Positions 28,188 to 42,254 are shown, counted from the first letter of the stretch. The stretch: 64,000 nt of DNA from Eledone cirrhosa (GCA_964016885.1 OZ024746.1:93744001-93808000); one strand, 5' to 3'. Notes: generated by a model from the sequence alone, not told the origin. Numbers and translations: made by a program.

Positions 28188-28619
28188 TTTTCTTAATTAT
28201 TTCAAACCTCATTCCATTGTCAATATATAACGTTTTTTTACCTTTATAGTAAAAGACAAAATCTCATGAAAGTATTTGTTTCATCTTTTTCAGTTTAATA
28301 CAAACCCTGTTTCATATTCAAGGAATTTTACTTCTCGATACTGAGGGATATTTAATCTTATAGGAATATAATTCAAGAAAATTTGGCAGGTAAGGCATCA
28401 CTTCTTTTGTCTGTGTGTGTGTGTTGATAGACAATTTCAACTTTATGTTGTTTTCACTCACCATCTTTGTCTTGACCATATGATGTGTTTCATCAAGGGG
28501 TTAGATTGGAAGTTCATCCTAGAAAAATCCTGGTTTATTTTTCATGGTTTAGTCAGAAGAGAAAGGACAGTGCTAGCTTGTATTCCTTTTGCAAGGCTTC
28601 CAAGAACATTGGGTGTATG

Positions 28620-28916
28620 TAGGGTCAGATTTAATGAGGGGGGGGGGGGGGGGGGCAAAGAGAGCAATTTCCCCGGGCCCCACCAGCGATGGCCAATGGC
28701 AATTTATTTCTGTCTTCTGCTGGGCTTTTTGGTTTTAGGATGGTTAGATTTTAAAAAATTTAATAGCCGTATGTATAATTTTTAAATTCTGATTATTTGC
28801 ACCAACCTGACTTGGATATGTAAAATTATGGGTTTGCTATGTATCCCCCCCCCCCCCTCCCCCCCAAAAAAAACTGAAGTGACCCGGGATCCCCCCAAAG
28901 CCTGAATCCGGATCAG
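28620..28916 (+). mobile_element. hAT-type MITE (family of 14346-14646)
   Basis: Colinear similarity across the whole length. Confidence 0.75.
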
Positions 28917-29369
28917 GATGCATGGGAAAAGGAAGAATAAAGCCATGACTCATAGTTAAGTGGGGAACAATCTAGTAGAAATTAGCACAACAGAAGTTTT
29001 GTTTTTTTGGCTCAGATCAAAAACCTGGTCCAAATGCTTGCAACAGAATGGACTCTGCTAAAGACACACAAGTAGCAAGTGACCAGAGTAAACTAAACAT
29101 AAGAATAACCATTCGAAAGAAATATCCTGTATGAGAATCAATTATTGAAGAATTCCAAAGAATTTACTAAAGTCATTTATTATTTCATTATAAAGATGGT
29201 ATTTGCTATATAACAACCCTTTCATGACCATATTTCTAATAGAATACACTCTGTTTCAATTAATTAATTAAGAATTTAGAGGGAATTACTAAAATTATTA
29301 ATTATTTCATTACTAAAATAGTAACTTAATGAAAGGTTCTTGTACAAAATTATGTTGGAAGATATTAGT

Positions 29370-29586
29370 TTAACCCTTTAGCATTCACATTACTATTATA
29401 TTTTCATGGTAAAGGCTTTAACTCACATAATTATCTCACATAATATCAAATCTATGAGATTTTGAAAGTATTTATTTTGAGAACAATACCTTAACATCAG
29501 TTTGAGCGACCAGTTACAGCCAGTTTCAACAGAAAGAGGTAGAGAATTCTGGCCGGTTTTGGCTGGTTTGAACATTAAAGGGTTAA
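29370..29586 (+). mobile_element. piggyBac-type MITE nested in a second TTAA-type MITE (~29215-29660)
   Basis: TTAA CCCTTTAGCATT...AAAGGG TTAA; the host sequence matches 50545-50768 in reverse. Confidence 0.75.
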
Positions 29587-30811
29587 AATGGAAACCTTTA
29601 AAATGGGTGGTTTTATTTCATAGAACCAGAGCTGGTTTTTGCCGGATTGATAACTAAGGAGTTCAAGGATTCTGATATAAAATTATGTTAGAAGGTTTTA
29701 ATTGTAGGTTGTCATCTAAAATTTAAAATGGATTGTTCTGTTTCATAAAATCAAGGACAGTTTTGGACAGGTTGGTATCAAAATGGTTATGTCTGTTATC
29801 CAGGAACATGTACAGTCCATTTCATGAGCTGCTGCATAATTTTTATCTACCCAATTTCACTCACAAGGCTTCGGTTGACCCATGATTATAGCAAATGACA
29901 TTTGCCCAAGATGCAAACACAGTGGGATCAAACCCAAATCTTAATGATTTCAAAGCAAACTTCTTAACTATTTGGCCATGCTGTGTCCCCAAAATAATAC
30001 AGGTACACACACACACACACACACCAAAATGTTACACCAAGAAGGAATATTTTGCCTCTTAGCCTGTATTTGTGTGTGGCCTCTGTGTATCACAGCTAAA
30101 CAACAACAACAATAACCACAACTCAGTAATCTCATTCTAAAGCTAACTTTCTTTCTTTATTTATTTATTTATCTCCTCCACCCCCCTCCCACTTTCTGAA
30201 AGCAAAGCATCCAACGTTAGGGGAGGTAATAATACTAGAAAGAAACCCCCTCTCTGAGTGCTGAGTTCATTGGCAGAGAAACAAAAATACGACTCTAAGC
30301 TGTGATAGTGTGTGTGTGTGTGTGTGCGTGGTGTGTATAATTAGTCATGTTCTATGAGTTATCTAGTCCTATAGTCTTAGTAACTTGTGACAATTACCAA
30401 CCCTATTCAGAATCTTCTCTGACCTATATCATAGCTTGTAAGATCAGTTCTAAAAATAAAGAGACCCACCACCACCTTCGACCTTACTTTTTGAACCCTT
30501 TTTTGTGTTGCTATCATTTTGTTTATATTTTTTGTATATATTTTACTTCCAATTATTATATTATATACTGGTTTCAATCATTAGACTGTGACTTATTTCA
30601 TCAAATCCCTAACCTAATGATTGTGAGTAGAATTTCTTAACCATTTAGCTTGTCATCCAAAAATGTTATAAAGTTCCCCATTAGGCCTAAGTGCCACAAT
30701 TTGCCCATACCTTATATGGAGGTTATTATTTGAATTCAAATCTTACCAAGGGCCACTTTATTTTTCATTTTTAAGTGCTGTTGTTGTTTTGGTTCCAGGT
30801 CAGTCCTATAA

Positions 30812-31447
30812 TTAACCCTTTAGCATTTACATTACTCTATATTTACACCTTCCCTTACGTACAAAGTTAAACCTACAGTCAGTAGGACCTCCTAACTAAA
30901 TATACACCCCAACCCACTACCCCTACTCCATCCTCCCACTACCACCAACACCACCCTTTCTCTGTAAACTTATGTTGGTACCACAGATCCTCCAGTCCAC
31001 ACTAAAAAGGTTGTGTAGATGTCACGACCAAAAGCACCCGGTCCATGCTGTAAAGTGGTCATGCAGGAGTCATGGTAAAAAGGCTCCCAGTCCACACTGT
31101 AAATGTGGTTGGTGTTAGGAAGGACATCCAGTAGTAGAAAACCTGCCAGATACAGTCCTATACAAGCGAGACATGGTCACCCGATCAATCTTGCCTCAAA
31201 TGGGACAATTCCCATTTAACCCATGCTAGCGTGGACGTTAAACGATAATGATGATGATGATACTATTATATTTTCATGGTAAAGGCTTTACCTCACATAA
31301 TTATCTCATATAATATTAAATCTATCAGATTTTGATATTGTTTATTTTGAGAACAATACCCTAACACCACTATGAGTGGCTGGTTTGAACAGAAAGAGAT
31401 GAGAGAATTCTGGCTGGATATGGCCAGTTTAAATGCTGAAGGGTTAA
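30812..31447 (+). mobile_element. piggyBac-type MITE interrupted by a ~420-bp insert ending in an RTE-like (GAT)n tail
   Basis: MITE 5' end at 30812-30845 resumes at ~31261; the insert ends GGACGTTAAACGATAATGATGATG. Confidence 0.7.
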
Positions 31448-31724
31448 AAGTTTACCAGTTGTGACTATCCCATTAATTGATATACCTGGGACTACATTGT
31501 CCAATCTATCCTTCTTATAAGACAATAAGATGTGATTTGAAGCAAATTTGACTGCCATCTCCTAGAGTCAAGCAACTGCATAGAAGTTTCCTCCTTGGTT
31601 TTTCCTTCCAATGTTGATAAAATAAGCATGACTCATGTAGGCTTATTAAAATCACTCCAGCCATGACTACCATGTCTTTTCACAAACATAGTGTGGAAAT
31701 TTTAGACTCTATGGTCTGAAACCT

Positions 31725-32160
31725 TCTCCTTCTTGAGAGAGTCATTGAGGCAGAGCCTTCAAACACTTCTTCCAGCAGGTCCTGTCAGAAGCAACCATCT
31801 CCAACTGATCTGGTTGGATCACCAAGCAAGACCAGCCAAGCTCGTCGATGTTCTCCAACCTTCTTGCTCTGGGTCTCCTGCTGGTCGGTTTTTGCCCATA
31901 AAATCTGCCCAGCGATTCTTTCCTGAGACATTCTAACCCCATGCCCATATCGGAGCTGTGATATCTCAATTCTAAGATGTAGCGGCTCTACCTGGAGTGA
32001 CTCTCTGATCTCCTGGGATATTCTAACCATATGCCCATAGTATTGGAGCAGTAATCTCTCAATTCAGAGAAGTAGCAGCTCTACCTGGAGTAACTCTCTG
32101 ATCTCCGAGCTATGCACTCTATCGAGTAACGTTACTCCAAAGACCCTTCGGAGGAACCAA
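31725..32160 (-). mobile_element. RTE LINE 3' end with an internal duplication
   Basis: EIRESLQVEPLHLRIEISQLRYGHGVRMSQERIAGQIL; homologous to 11090-11450. Confidence 0.8.
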
Positions 32161-32461
32161 TTTTTCAAAAGAAACACGACAATCCAATCCATTTTTGGTT
32201 TTATACAGTTTCTTTGAAGTTAACACAGAACCTTGTGGTTTCAAAACAAACATGTTAGCCACATGGCCATGCTTGCACACACGTTGTAAATATTTTCAAC
32301 AACATAAATGCCAAATGTGACAAAGAGACTGCCTGTGATACAGCAATCAATTTGTAAGACTTATGTGATGGGAGTTCCTAAGAGGCCTATATACCTGAAA
32401 GGTGTGGCAAAATTTTCATATTATATATATCATCATCATCATCATCATTATTTTATGCCCT

Positions 32462-32782
32462 GTTGGTGGATTGGCAGTATTGGTAGAGCATCAGACACCA
32501 TGCTTTGCAGCATAGAGTTATGGCTCTTTATGTTTTGAGTTCAAATCCCACCAAGGTTAACTTTGCCTTTCATCCTTACAGGATCGATAAAATAAAGTAC
32601 CAGTAATGCACTGGGGTCAATTTAATTGACTTTCCCTTTCCCCCAAATTGTTGGCTTTGTGCCTAAATCAGAAACCATTATTTTGTTGACTTTGCCTTTC
32701 ATCCTTACAGGGTCGATAAAATAAAGTACCAGTAATGTACTGCGTGATTGCTGGCCTTGTGCCTAAAGTAGAAACAATTATT
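32462..32782 (+). mobile_element. SINE family A plus a tandem partial copy
   Basis: Same head and body as 27996 and 38212. Confidence 0.8.
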
Positions 32783-33319
32783 TTATGTCCAGTTTCCATG
32801 ATGGTATGAGTTAGACAGGTTGTCACATTTAGAGACTTGATGATGATCATGCTGGGTTGGAGAACTACATCTTGTTCATACATTCTAATTTTGGATTGGT
32901 TTCTACACTTGGATGTCCTTTCTAACAACCTCTTACAGAATATATTAGGTGTATTTTATCATAGCATCACCACTAGAGAAGTTGTTTTGCCCTCAGCCGG
33001 ACCAAAAGGTCTTCTCAACCCTACATTGTCTCTGTTTGATTGATACCACTTTACAGAGTGTACTGGGTGCAAGTTACTATGGCACCAGCATTGGAACATT
33101 TGACGTGGATATCACAAGACTACTTTATGTTGTCTCCATTCATTCAAGGTAACATGGCAAAGAGGGTGAAAGGAAAGGATAGCAATGACAGAAAAAGTAT
33201 CAGAGTGAATGGCTGAAGGGTGAGGGAGAGAGAGAGATAATTGAAGTGAGGATGGAGCAGATATTATACTGGAGGGTGAATAGAGGAATAATAGTAATGG
33301 GAGAATAGACTCAGAAACT

Positions 33320-34171
33320 GATAGACAAACAGATATTACACTGTATACACTTACTGACACTGTCAAGATAAACTGATATTACACTGTATACACTTACTGA
33401 CACTCTGTCAAGATAAACAGATATTACACTGTATACACTTACTGACACTCTGTCGAGATAAACAGATATTACACTGTATACACTTACTGACACTCTGTCA
33501 AGATAAACTGATATTACACTGTATACACTTACTGACACTCTGTCAAGATAAACAGATATTACACTGTATACACTTAATGACACTCTGTCAAGATAAACAG
33601 ATATTACACTGTATACACTTACTGACACTCTGTCAAGATAAACAGATATTACACTGTATACACTTACTGACACTCTGTCAAGATAAACAGATATTACACT
33701 GTATACACTTACTGACACTCTGTCAAGATAAACAGATATTATACTGTATACACTTAATGACACTCCGTCAAAATAAACAGATATTACACTGTATACACTT
33801 ACTGACACTCCGTCAAGATAAACAGATATTACACTGTATACACTTACTGACACTCCGTCAAGATAAACAGATATTACACTGTATACACTTACTGACACTC
33901 TGTCAAGATAAACAGATATTACACTGTATACACTTAATGACACTCCGTCAAGATAAACAGATATTACACTGTATACACTTACTGACACTCCGTCAAGATA
34001 AACAGATATTACACTGTATACACTTAGTGAGACTGTCAAGATAAACTGATATTACACTGTATACACTTACTGACACTGTCAAGATAAACTGATATTACAC
34101 TGTATACACTTACTGACACTCTGTCGAGATAAACAGATATTACACTGTATACACTTACTGACACTCTGTCA
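33320..34171. repeat. 45-bp minisatellite (~19 copies)
   Basis: Unit AGATAAACAGATATTACACTGTATACACTTACTGACACTCTGTCA. Confidence 0.97.
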
Positions 34172-34475
34172 GTTACGATGATGAGTGTTCCAGTTGATCC
34201 AATCAACAGAACAGCCTGCTCGTGGAATTAACATGTTAGTGGCTGAGCATTCCACAAACATGCATCCCTTAACGTAGTTCTCAAAGAGATTCTGCATGAC
34301 ACAGATTGTGACAAGGCTGGCCATTCAAACTACAGACGCAATTCATTTTTGCTAGCTGGGTGGACTGGAGCAATGTGAAATAAAGTGTCTTGTTCAAGGA
34401 CACAACACACCACCAGGAATTGAACTCATTATGATTGTAAGCTGAATACACTAAACATAAGGCCACATACCTTCA
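34160..34475 (-). mobile_element. SINE family B
   Basis: Reverse complement of the tRNA head and TTGTGTCCTTGAACAAGACACTTTATTTCAC body. Confidence 0.8.
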
Positions 34476-34779
34476 CTATATATATACTGTATATATACTA
34501 GTGCTAACATGCTATTTTGAAGATAGTAGAGTTTTTCAAAATAAGGTTCACTTCAAATTATCAAATTTATTCAGACAGGTTTTATGCCTCTGGGACCTCA
34601 TTATGTATATGCTCTTACCTTTCTCATGAGAATAGGGTGTGATTTAAGGGAGATTTAGTTGCTATTTTGGGCAGATTAAGTAAGCACCTACAAATTTAAT
34701 TATTAGCTTCAGCTCCTTTATTAACTCTAAGTTATTGGACTTGATTTTAATATAGAGGTTTCTTGGTATACCAAGGTTA

Positions 34780-35050
34780 GACTAGGGTAGATAAGTCTAA
34801 TCTAGGGTAAGCTGTGGTTATCTGAGCTAGGTTAATATAGACCAGGGTAAGCTGGGCTAGGCCATGGTTCTCTGAGCTAGGTTTATATATATCAGGGTAA
34901 GTTGAGCTAGGCCATGGTTCTCTGAGCTAGGGTAAGTTGAGCTAGGCCATGGTTCCCTGAGCTAGATTGATATAAACGAGGGTAAGCTGGGCTAGGCCAT
35001 GGTTCTCTGAGCTAGGCTAATGTAGATCAAAGTAAGTTGGGCTAGATCAA
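34780..35050. repeat. Imperfect ~50-bp tandem repeat
   Basis: AGGGTAAGCTGGGCTAGGCCATGGTTCTCTGAGCTAGG repeated about 5 times. Confidence 0.8.
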
Positions 35051-37517
35051 GCAAGTTCAGTGCAATTTCAAAGCAAGTCCTAGGCTAGGTTTACCATAAA
35101 ACCTGGAAATACCTCTCACTGTGTGTAAGGTAAATTATATTTTCTTTTGGTTTGTGTCTAGAACATTCCAAGACACAATGACACTGTATGTATTTCAGGT
35201 ATCTCCAAGTTAAGACTGGGAATAAAATAAAATACAACAACAAATATGGCATCATGTTTACTGTTCCAACACGACCTTATACCATCCAGTGCATCATCAT
35301 CATCACTACTGCCACCAACAACTCACTACACCACCTTGCCCCCTACACTAACTCCACCCTGCCCCTACACTAACTCCATCACCAAGGTTGGGGTGCTATT
35401 ATTTGTTGTAAATATAAGAAGTGTGACAGCACCACCTCCAACAGCAACAGCAGAAAATGATCCCCGTCACCACCACCACTACCATCACCCCCACCCACCC
35501 ACCCTCCTCCATCACCACCGTCACCACCACCAACAACAACATAATCAATAGCAAAAAGAATAACAATAACAACAAAAAGAACAAATGAACATTTCTTTGT
35601 AATGTTTACAAAACATGTCCCTTGTTACATATTTAACAAAAACATATCCACCTTGGGTGTCTTGCTTCAAGTGACTAGCATCTCCACCACCACCATCACC
35701 ACTATCACCAACACTGTGGCCACCACCACCACCACCACTATCACTGCTACGCGACCATCACCACTATCACTGCCATCACCACCACCACCTCTATCACTGC
35801 CATCTCCACCACCACTGCCACCACAAAGCCAATAAGATGACCTCTGTATGGTGTCTAGACTTTCAAAACACACCTGTCAAATCACCATTTGTCTTAAAAT
35901 AAGGCACTTTAAATCAGTGGTGCCCAACTTTTTAATATAAAGGACCAATTTGAAGAGCTAAGTTTGAATGAGGGATGCATTTTGGAATTATATCAAAATA
36001 AGCATAATATACAGTTGGAGTTGTCGTCTTCTTCGCCCACTCCTTCCAGCAGGTCCTGTCAGAAGCAACTGTCTCCAACTGATCCGACTGGATCTTCAAG
36101 AGAAACTAGCCAAGCTCATTGATGTTATCCAACCATCTTTAAGGTCTACCCCTGGGTCTCCTGCCAGTTGTTTTTTACCTGTAAAATCTGTCCTACGATT
36201 CTTTCCTGCTAGTTTCCTGAGATATAAAACATATAAATATGAATACAGGCATGTTTAGTAGTTAAATAGTTCACTTCACAGTCATGAGGTCCTGAGTTCA
36301 GTCCCACAGCATGCCATCTTCAATAGATCTTACTGTCTCAAAAAAAAAGGGCATGTTGGATAATGTGGCCCTAGTGTTCCTACACATAGGAAAAGGGTGG
36401 GATAGTCACAGCTGAAATGCCTTTGATTATAGGCCTGCTTCATCAAGCCTGTTCAACCAGGGTTATGATTAAAAGAGAAGAGTAAAACAATTTAAGTTCT
36501 AAGTCCCTTTACCTCCGCCTCCTTCTCTCTCTCTTTCTCTGACTCCCACTCTCTCTTTCTCTCTGACCCCCACTTGCTCATTCTTGGCCCCTTTCCTCCT
36601 CAACAATGTTCTGTTCAAACAATGCCCACATTATTCATAAATGTTCTTCAAACTGTGTTTGTCTTGTCAGGATTCTTTGTACTTTTTTTATGTATTTTAT
36701 TTTATTTAGATTTTATTGTTTGTTTCTATTCATACCGAGCCCCCCCCCCCCACCACCACCACCACTTAAGATTTAACATTTTTATTGTTGTTGCTGTTGT
36801 TAAACCCCAGGTCAGCTCTGATCAAGCACAATTGTGGTCAAATAATCCTTCTCGCTGTGGCCATCCTTATCTTGTGAAGGAGAGGTGCTTATGGTGATGG
36901 TGATGGTGATGGTGGCTATGGTGGTTATGGTGGTGGTGGTGATGATGATGGTGGCGATGGTGGTTATAGTAGTGGTGATGGTGGTGGTGGTGGTAGTGGC
37001 TATGGTAATGGTGGTGGTGGTGGTGGTGGTGGCTATGGTGGTGGTGGTGATGATGTTGGTAGTGGCAGTGATCATGGTTGTGATATTGGTGATGATCATG
37101 GTTGTGATGCTTGTGTTGGTGGTGGTGGTGGTGACGGGGGTGGTGGTGGTTATGGTGATGGTGGTGGTGATGGTCGGTGTGATATTGTTTACACAAGGCT
37201 TTTGTGAACCTGTTTGCTTTGGTGCAATTTTGCACAAACAGAAAGAAGAAAAAAGGGCATAATTGCAATATTTTTGCAGTTTCTTAAACTCCTTTGGAGT
37301 CTTTTGAGAGAGTATTTAGTCGCTGGTTCCCATGCTCTATATCAGGGATCATCAAACCTTTTTTGGAGGTGGGCCACATTCATCATGATCATCATTATCA
37401 TACATCCTCTTTCCTTACTGGCACTGTGTGAGGCCAGATGGGTCGGTGCAACCAATTGGGTTTATCCCATCCCATATTTAGCATGGTATCTACTGTTAGA
37501 TGTAGTTGTAGTGTTCT

Positions 37518-37733
37518 TTAACCCTTTAGCATTTAAACCGGCCATATCCGACCAAAATTCTCATGTTCAAACTGGCTGTAACTGGCTACTCATACTGATG
37601 TCAAGTTAAGGTATTCAAAATAAATATCAAAATCTTATAGATTCGATATTATGAGAGATAAGTATGTGAGGTAAGGCTTTTACCGTGGAAATATAATAGT
37701 AAATATAGAGTAATGTAAATGCTAAAGGCTTAA
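37518..37733 (-). mobile_element. piggyBac-type MITE
   Basis: TTAA-flanked, reverse orientation of the 25261 family. Confidence 0.8.
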
Positions 37734-38011
37734 TCAGATCTAACCTAGTCGATATCATCAACATTAAATATTCTCTGATCAGAAAATCGATTCAAATTTG
37801 CCGCCAGTTATTGACAGTTACCTCCCTTAGATCTTAAATCTCAATGAATGCAAATTTATTTATATATATATATATCACCCACCCCCACACTCTTAAGCCT
37901 GAAGCTAATACTAACACTTTGTATTGCACTCTTCGCTTTGTTTTTGTTTTTGTTTTCTGTTTTAACTATAATATATATAATATATATATTTATTTATATA
38001 TATATATATAT

Positions 38012-38497
38012 AGAGAGAAAAGATGAAGTTAGAAATAACACGGAAGATATGTTTAAGGATCTGTTTTTCCTTTTTGATTCGTCAAAGTGACGTTATTGAA
38101 AAGATAATTTTATTAAAAAAAGAGTGACAATTCTTTTTTGAAAATTCTTTTATGAAGTATATAAAGTGTATAAACATTTTCAAAAAAGAATTGTCCCTCA
38201 TTTTTTACTTCGGCGGTGGATTGGCAGTATCGGTAGAGGATCGGACGCTATGCTTTGACGTATAGAGTTACGGCCCTTGCCATTCTGAGTTCAAATCCCG
38301 CCGAGGTTAACTTTGCCTTTCATCCTTACGGGGTCGATAAAATAAAGTACCAGTAATGCACTGGGTAATTGCTGGCCTTGTGCCAAAAGTAGAAACAATT
38401 ATCTTTTCAATAACCTCACTTTGACGAATCAAAAAAAAAAGAAAAACCGACCCTTAAACATATCTCCCGTGCTATTTCCAACTTCATCTTTTCTCTA
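38012..38497. repeat. Long diverged palindrome (~125-bp arms) interrupted by a SINE
   Basis: AGAGAAAAGATGAAGTTAGAAATAACACGG...GAAAAGATAATT versus AATTATCTTTTC...CCGTGCTATTTCCAACTTCATCTTTTCTCT; inner arms GACAATTCTTTTTTGAAAAT/ATTTTCAAAAAAGAATTGTC. Confidence 0.85.
38212..38400 (+). mobile_element. SINE family A (CpG-rich, young-looking copy)
   Basis: GGCGGTGGATTGGCAGTATCGGTAGAG...GAGTTCAAATCCCGCCGAGG...GTAGAAACAATT. Confidence 0.9.
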
Positions 38498-38529
38498 TAC
38501 CCACTGTTTTGTATAGAACCTCACTTCCC

Positions 38530-38581
<52 letters not shown>

Positions 38582-38621
38582 TGTTTGGGGAGAGTCATAT
38601 TGTTATAATATTGCCAGAAAT

Positions 38622-38808
38622 AATAATTTTCTACTTTTTGGCACAAGGCCAGCAATTACCCAGTGCATTACTGATACTTTATTTTATCTACCCCGTAAGG
38701 ATGAAAGGCAAAGTTAACCTTGGCGGGATTTGAACTCAGACCGTAAAGGGACGTAACTATGCTGGAAAGCATGTCGTCCGACCTTCTACTGATACTGCCA
38801 ATCCCCCA
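38622..38808 (-). mobile_element. SINE family A, inverted relative to the 38212 copy
   Basis: Reverse complement of 38212-38400. Confidence 0.85.
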
Positions 38809-38991
38809 ATAATAAAACACTCACTGTTTGGTTTGGATTGGTTTTCGCTTCTGTATATTTTATATCCCTATAGTTAATTTAGCTGGCAATCTGTGTTTAT
38901 CATTGATTGACCAACGGTTAAAAAATATATATATATATATATATATACAATGATATTGAATAAATGGAAACTATATTTATAAAACCATATT

Positions 38992-39055
38992 TATTTTATT
39001 ATATATATTTCAAGGGTACCAAGACAACATTGGTACGCTTTCATCAGATAAAATA
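38992..39055 (-). ncRNA. Minimal type I hammerhead ribozyme, family H1 copy 2
   Basis: - strand: TATTTTAT CTGATGA AAGC GTACCAA TGTTGTC TTGGTAC CCTT GAAA TATATA T A ATAAAATA; perfect 8-bp stem I. Confidence 0.85.
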
Positions 39056-40024
39056 CAAAGTTTGTTTTATAAATAGAGACATACCCATGAAAATCATACC
39101 TTATCGGTTGGAAATTCACTGGATAGTGAATATCCAGTGAATTTCCAACCTCATCCCAAGTCTTCCTACTCCATAGCTTCCATCAACTTTGAGTGTTCTG
39201 CATCTTTTTATGCAGCTCTTATCCTTCATACTCATCACATGTCCATACCAATTCAATCTCCTCCCCTGCACACTGCATCTGATTCCTCTTACGCCTATTC
39301 AAATATTATGCTGTAATTTGACATGCATTTTGGGGCAATGTGCATAAGATGTTGGTTTCGGGACCACATGTTTCTGGGTTTGATCCCACCATGTGGCATC
39401 TTGGACATATTTCTTTCTTCTAACCAATGCTGAGTTAGTGGAATTTGGTAGAGCATAACTATGCACAAGTCAGTCATGTGTGTGTGAAGGCAGAAGGCTT
39501 AACACTTTAGTTACCAATCTGGACAAAACTGGCTCTGTTCCTTTAGCATTTAAATTGCTCTATATTTACTATTATATTTCCATGGTAAAGTCTTTACCTC
39601 ACATAATTATCTCACATAATATGGAATCTATGAGATTTTGATGTGATCTTTTTTTAGAACAATACCTTAACAGCAGTATGGAAGGTCAGTTACAGCCGGT
39701 TTGAACAGAAAGAGGTGAGAGAATTCTAGCTGGATACGCCAGATTTAAATGCTAAAGTTTTCCAATTTAAATTGAAATCATCCAACATAACTTTATATAA
39801 GGACCTTACATTAAGTTACTTTGTTAGTCATGCAATAATTAATAATTGTAGTAAATCCCCCAAATTATTCATTAATTGATTAAAATAGAAGTGTATTTCA
39901 TTAGAAATGTGGTCATGAAAGGTTTAATGGTGATGGTGTTCAGCTGACAAGTGATGGCCTGAAAACTGTTCCATCACATCTGGTTTAGGGTGGGAGGAAG
40001 ATGGGTATATATATATATATATAA

Positions 40025-40099
<75 letters not shown>

Positions 40100-40118
40100 T
40101 ATATATATATATATATAA

Positions 40119-40210
<92 letters not shown>

Positions 40211-40215
<5 letters not shown>

Positions 40216-41760
40216 CAAAGACTGGTGCAGCAGTATTCTCATAAATTGCTACAAAGGTAAAGGGGATGCTTTGGAGAGGAGCAATTATAGGGGTATAAAA
40301 CTGATAGATCAGGTTATGAAAGTGGCAGAAAGGATTTTAGCACAACTAATTAGAGAAAGGGTCAAACTAGATGAGATGCAGTTTGGTTTTGTGCCTGGGA
40401 AGAGTACAACAGATGCCCTCTTCTTGGTGAGACAAATGCAAGAGAGGTTCTTAGAGAAGAATAAGCCACTATACTTAGCCTTTGTTGACCTAGAGAAGGC
40501 CTTTGATAGGGTACCCTGATCTGTCATCTGGTGGTCCCTAAGGAAGCTGGGTGTTGAGGAATGGCTTGTAAGGACAGTGCAAACTTTGTACAGAGGTACT
40601 CTCAGTAAAGTCAGGGTAGGAATGGAGTTTAGTGAGGAATTCCAGATACAAGTAGGAGTACATCAGGGTTCGGTCCTCAGCCCGCTCTTGTTCATTATAG
40701 TCCTCCAAGCCATAACAGAGGAGTTTAAGACTGGCTGTCCATGGGAACTTCTCTATGCTGACGATCTGGCTCTTATGGCAGAATCAGTAGAGGAGCTAGA
40801 GAATAAATTCCGGCTATGGAAACAGCAGTTGGAAGCAAGAGGACTGAGAGTAAATCTAGCTAAGACAAAAGTGTTGATGAGTAGAAAAGAGGACAAAACC
40901 CTGATTCCGTCAGGGAAATGGCCATGTTCGATATGCAGAAAAGGAACTGGCATAAATTCTATAAAATGCACACAATGTAGGTCCTGGGTACACAAGAGAT
41001 GTAGCGGGATAGCAGGCAAACTAACAGGTAGGGAGAACTATGTATGCAGTAGATGTACAGGGAAATTAGACAGTAGAAGTCGCACTGATAGACACATTTT
41101 TCAAATGCGAGAGGGCGCTATAGAAGTGGTGGATAGCTTCCGGTACCTAGGAGATCAGATTAGCATGGGAGGAGGGTGTTCCGAGGCCATAGTATCTAGA
41201 ATAAGGACGGGTTGGAAGAAGTTTAGGGAGCTGCTTCCTCTGTTGACGAAGAAGGGTTTCTCCCTGCGTACGAAAGGCCGGTTGTATGATGCCTGTGTGA
41301 GGAGCGCGATGCTGCATGGTAGTGAGACATGGGCAGCTAGCGCAGAAGATATGCGACGGCTGGAGAGAAATGAGGCAAGCATGCTCCGTTGGATGTGCAG
41401 TGTAAATGTGCGTGAACGACCCAGCATAAATGTGTTGAGAGAGAAACTGTGTCTGAGAGGGATAGAATGTAGTGTACGGGAGAGGAGACTGAGGTGGTAT
41501 GGACATGTGATGCGCGTGGAGGATGACCGATGGGTGAAGAAGTGCCAGGAAATGCCAGTTGAAGGAAGACGTGGTAGAGGTAGACCACGAAAAACATGGG
41601 CGGAGGTGGTGAGAACAGACCTCAGATCATTGAAGCTCACGGTGGAGATGACGAGGGACCGTGACGAGTGGAGAGATGCTGTGCTGAATAAGACCCGTCC
41701 CACCCTTGCAAGCAGGGAAAAGCGGACGTAAAATGATGATGATGATGATAATGATGATGA
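40211..41760 (+). mobile_element. 5'-truncated RTE-clade LINE (RT with an embedded PHD-like finger), one in-frame stop, (GAT)n tail, inserted in (TA)n
   Basis: [23 protein letters not shown](TGA 40517)..GVHQGSVLSPLLF..LYADD..FRYLG..LRWYGHV..GRPRKTW. Confidence 0.95.
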
Positions 41761-41982
41761 TATATATATATATATATGAGACTAGAGGAATTTTGGTAAA
41801 GTTTATATGCATTTTTTCTTCAAACTTCTATTTTATACCTAACTCCGTGTAGTTGATTATTTTGTCTAGTCAATTTCTACGGGCTAAAAGGAATGACTAG
41901 GTAAATTGTATCCAGCTGTCCCTCGCGGAAGATAGTCTCTATCATTTGTCTATTATTTCTTCATAGTTAAATGGGTTTGAAA

Positions 41983-42122
41983 TCTTCAGGTATGACCTCA
42001 TCAACTTGTTCAGGTGTTTACATTTAGAGAGGAAGGAGAGGGTAAAGAGGAATATGCTGCTTTCTATGTGTGAGTTGAGAACATGGCTCAAGTAGATGGG
42101 CTTATTTTCAGCATGTACTTAT
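41983..42122. repeat. ~140-bp dispersed repeat, near-identical to 47242-47381
   Basis: TCTTCAGGTATGACCTCATCAACTTG...CAGCATGTACTTATA in both places. Confidence 0.85.
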
Positions 42123-42217
42123 AGCCTCGTATAAATGATTATTTATGTGGTTGATTTATACGGACTAGGGAGAGGAAATACTGTATAGATTTTATCTAAT
42201 AATTCTTCAAACTCGCA

Positions 42218-42250
<33 letters not shown>

Positions 42251-42254
<4 letters not shown>

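Noticed and set aside
36812-37268. His-, Thr- or Val-rich ORFs (also 2308-2520 and 35246-35873)
   Set aside because: (CAC/CAT/GGT)n trinucleotide low-complexity tracts
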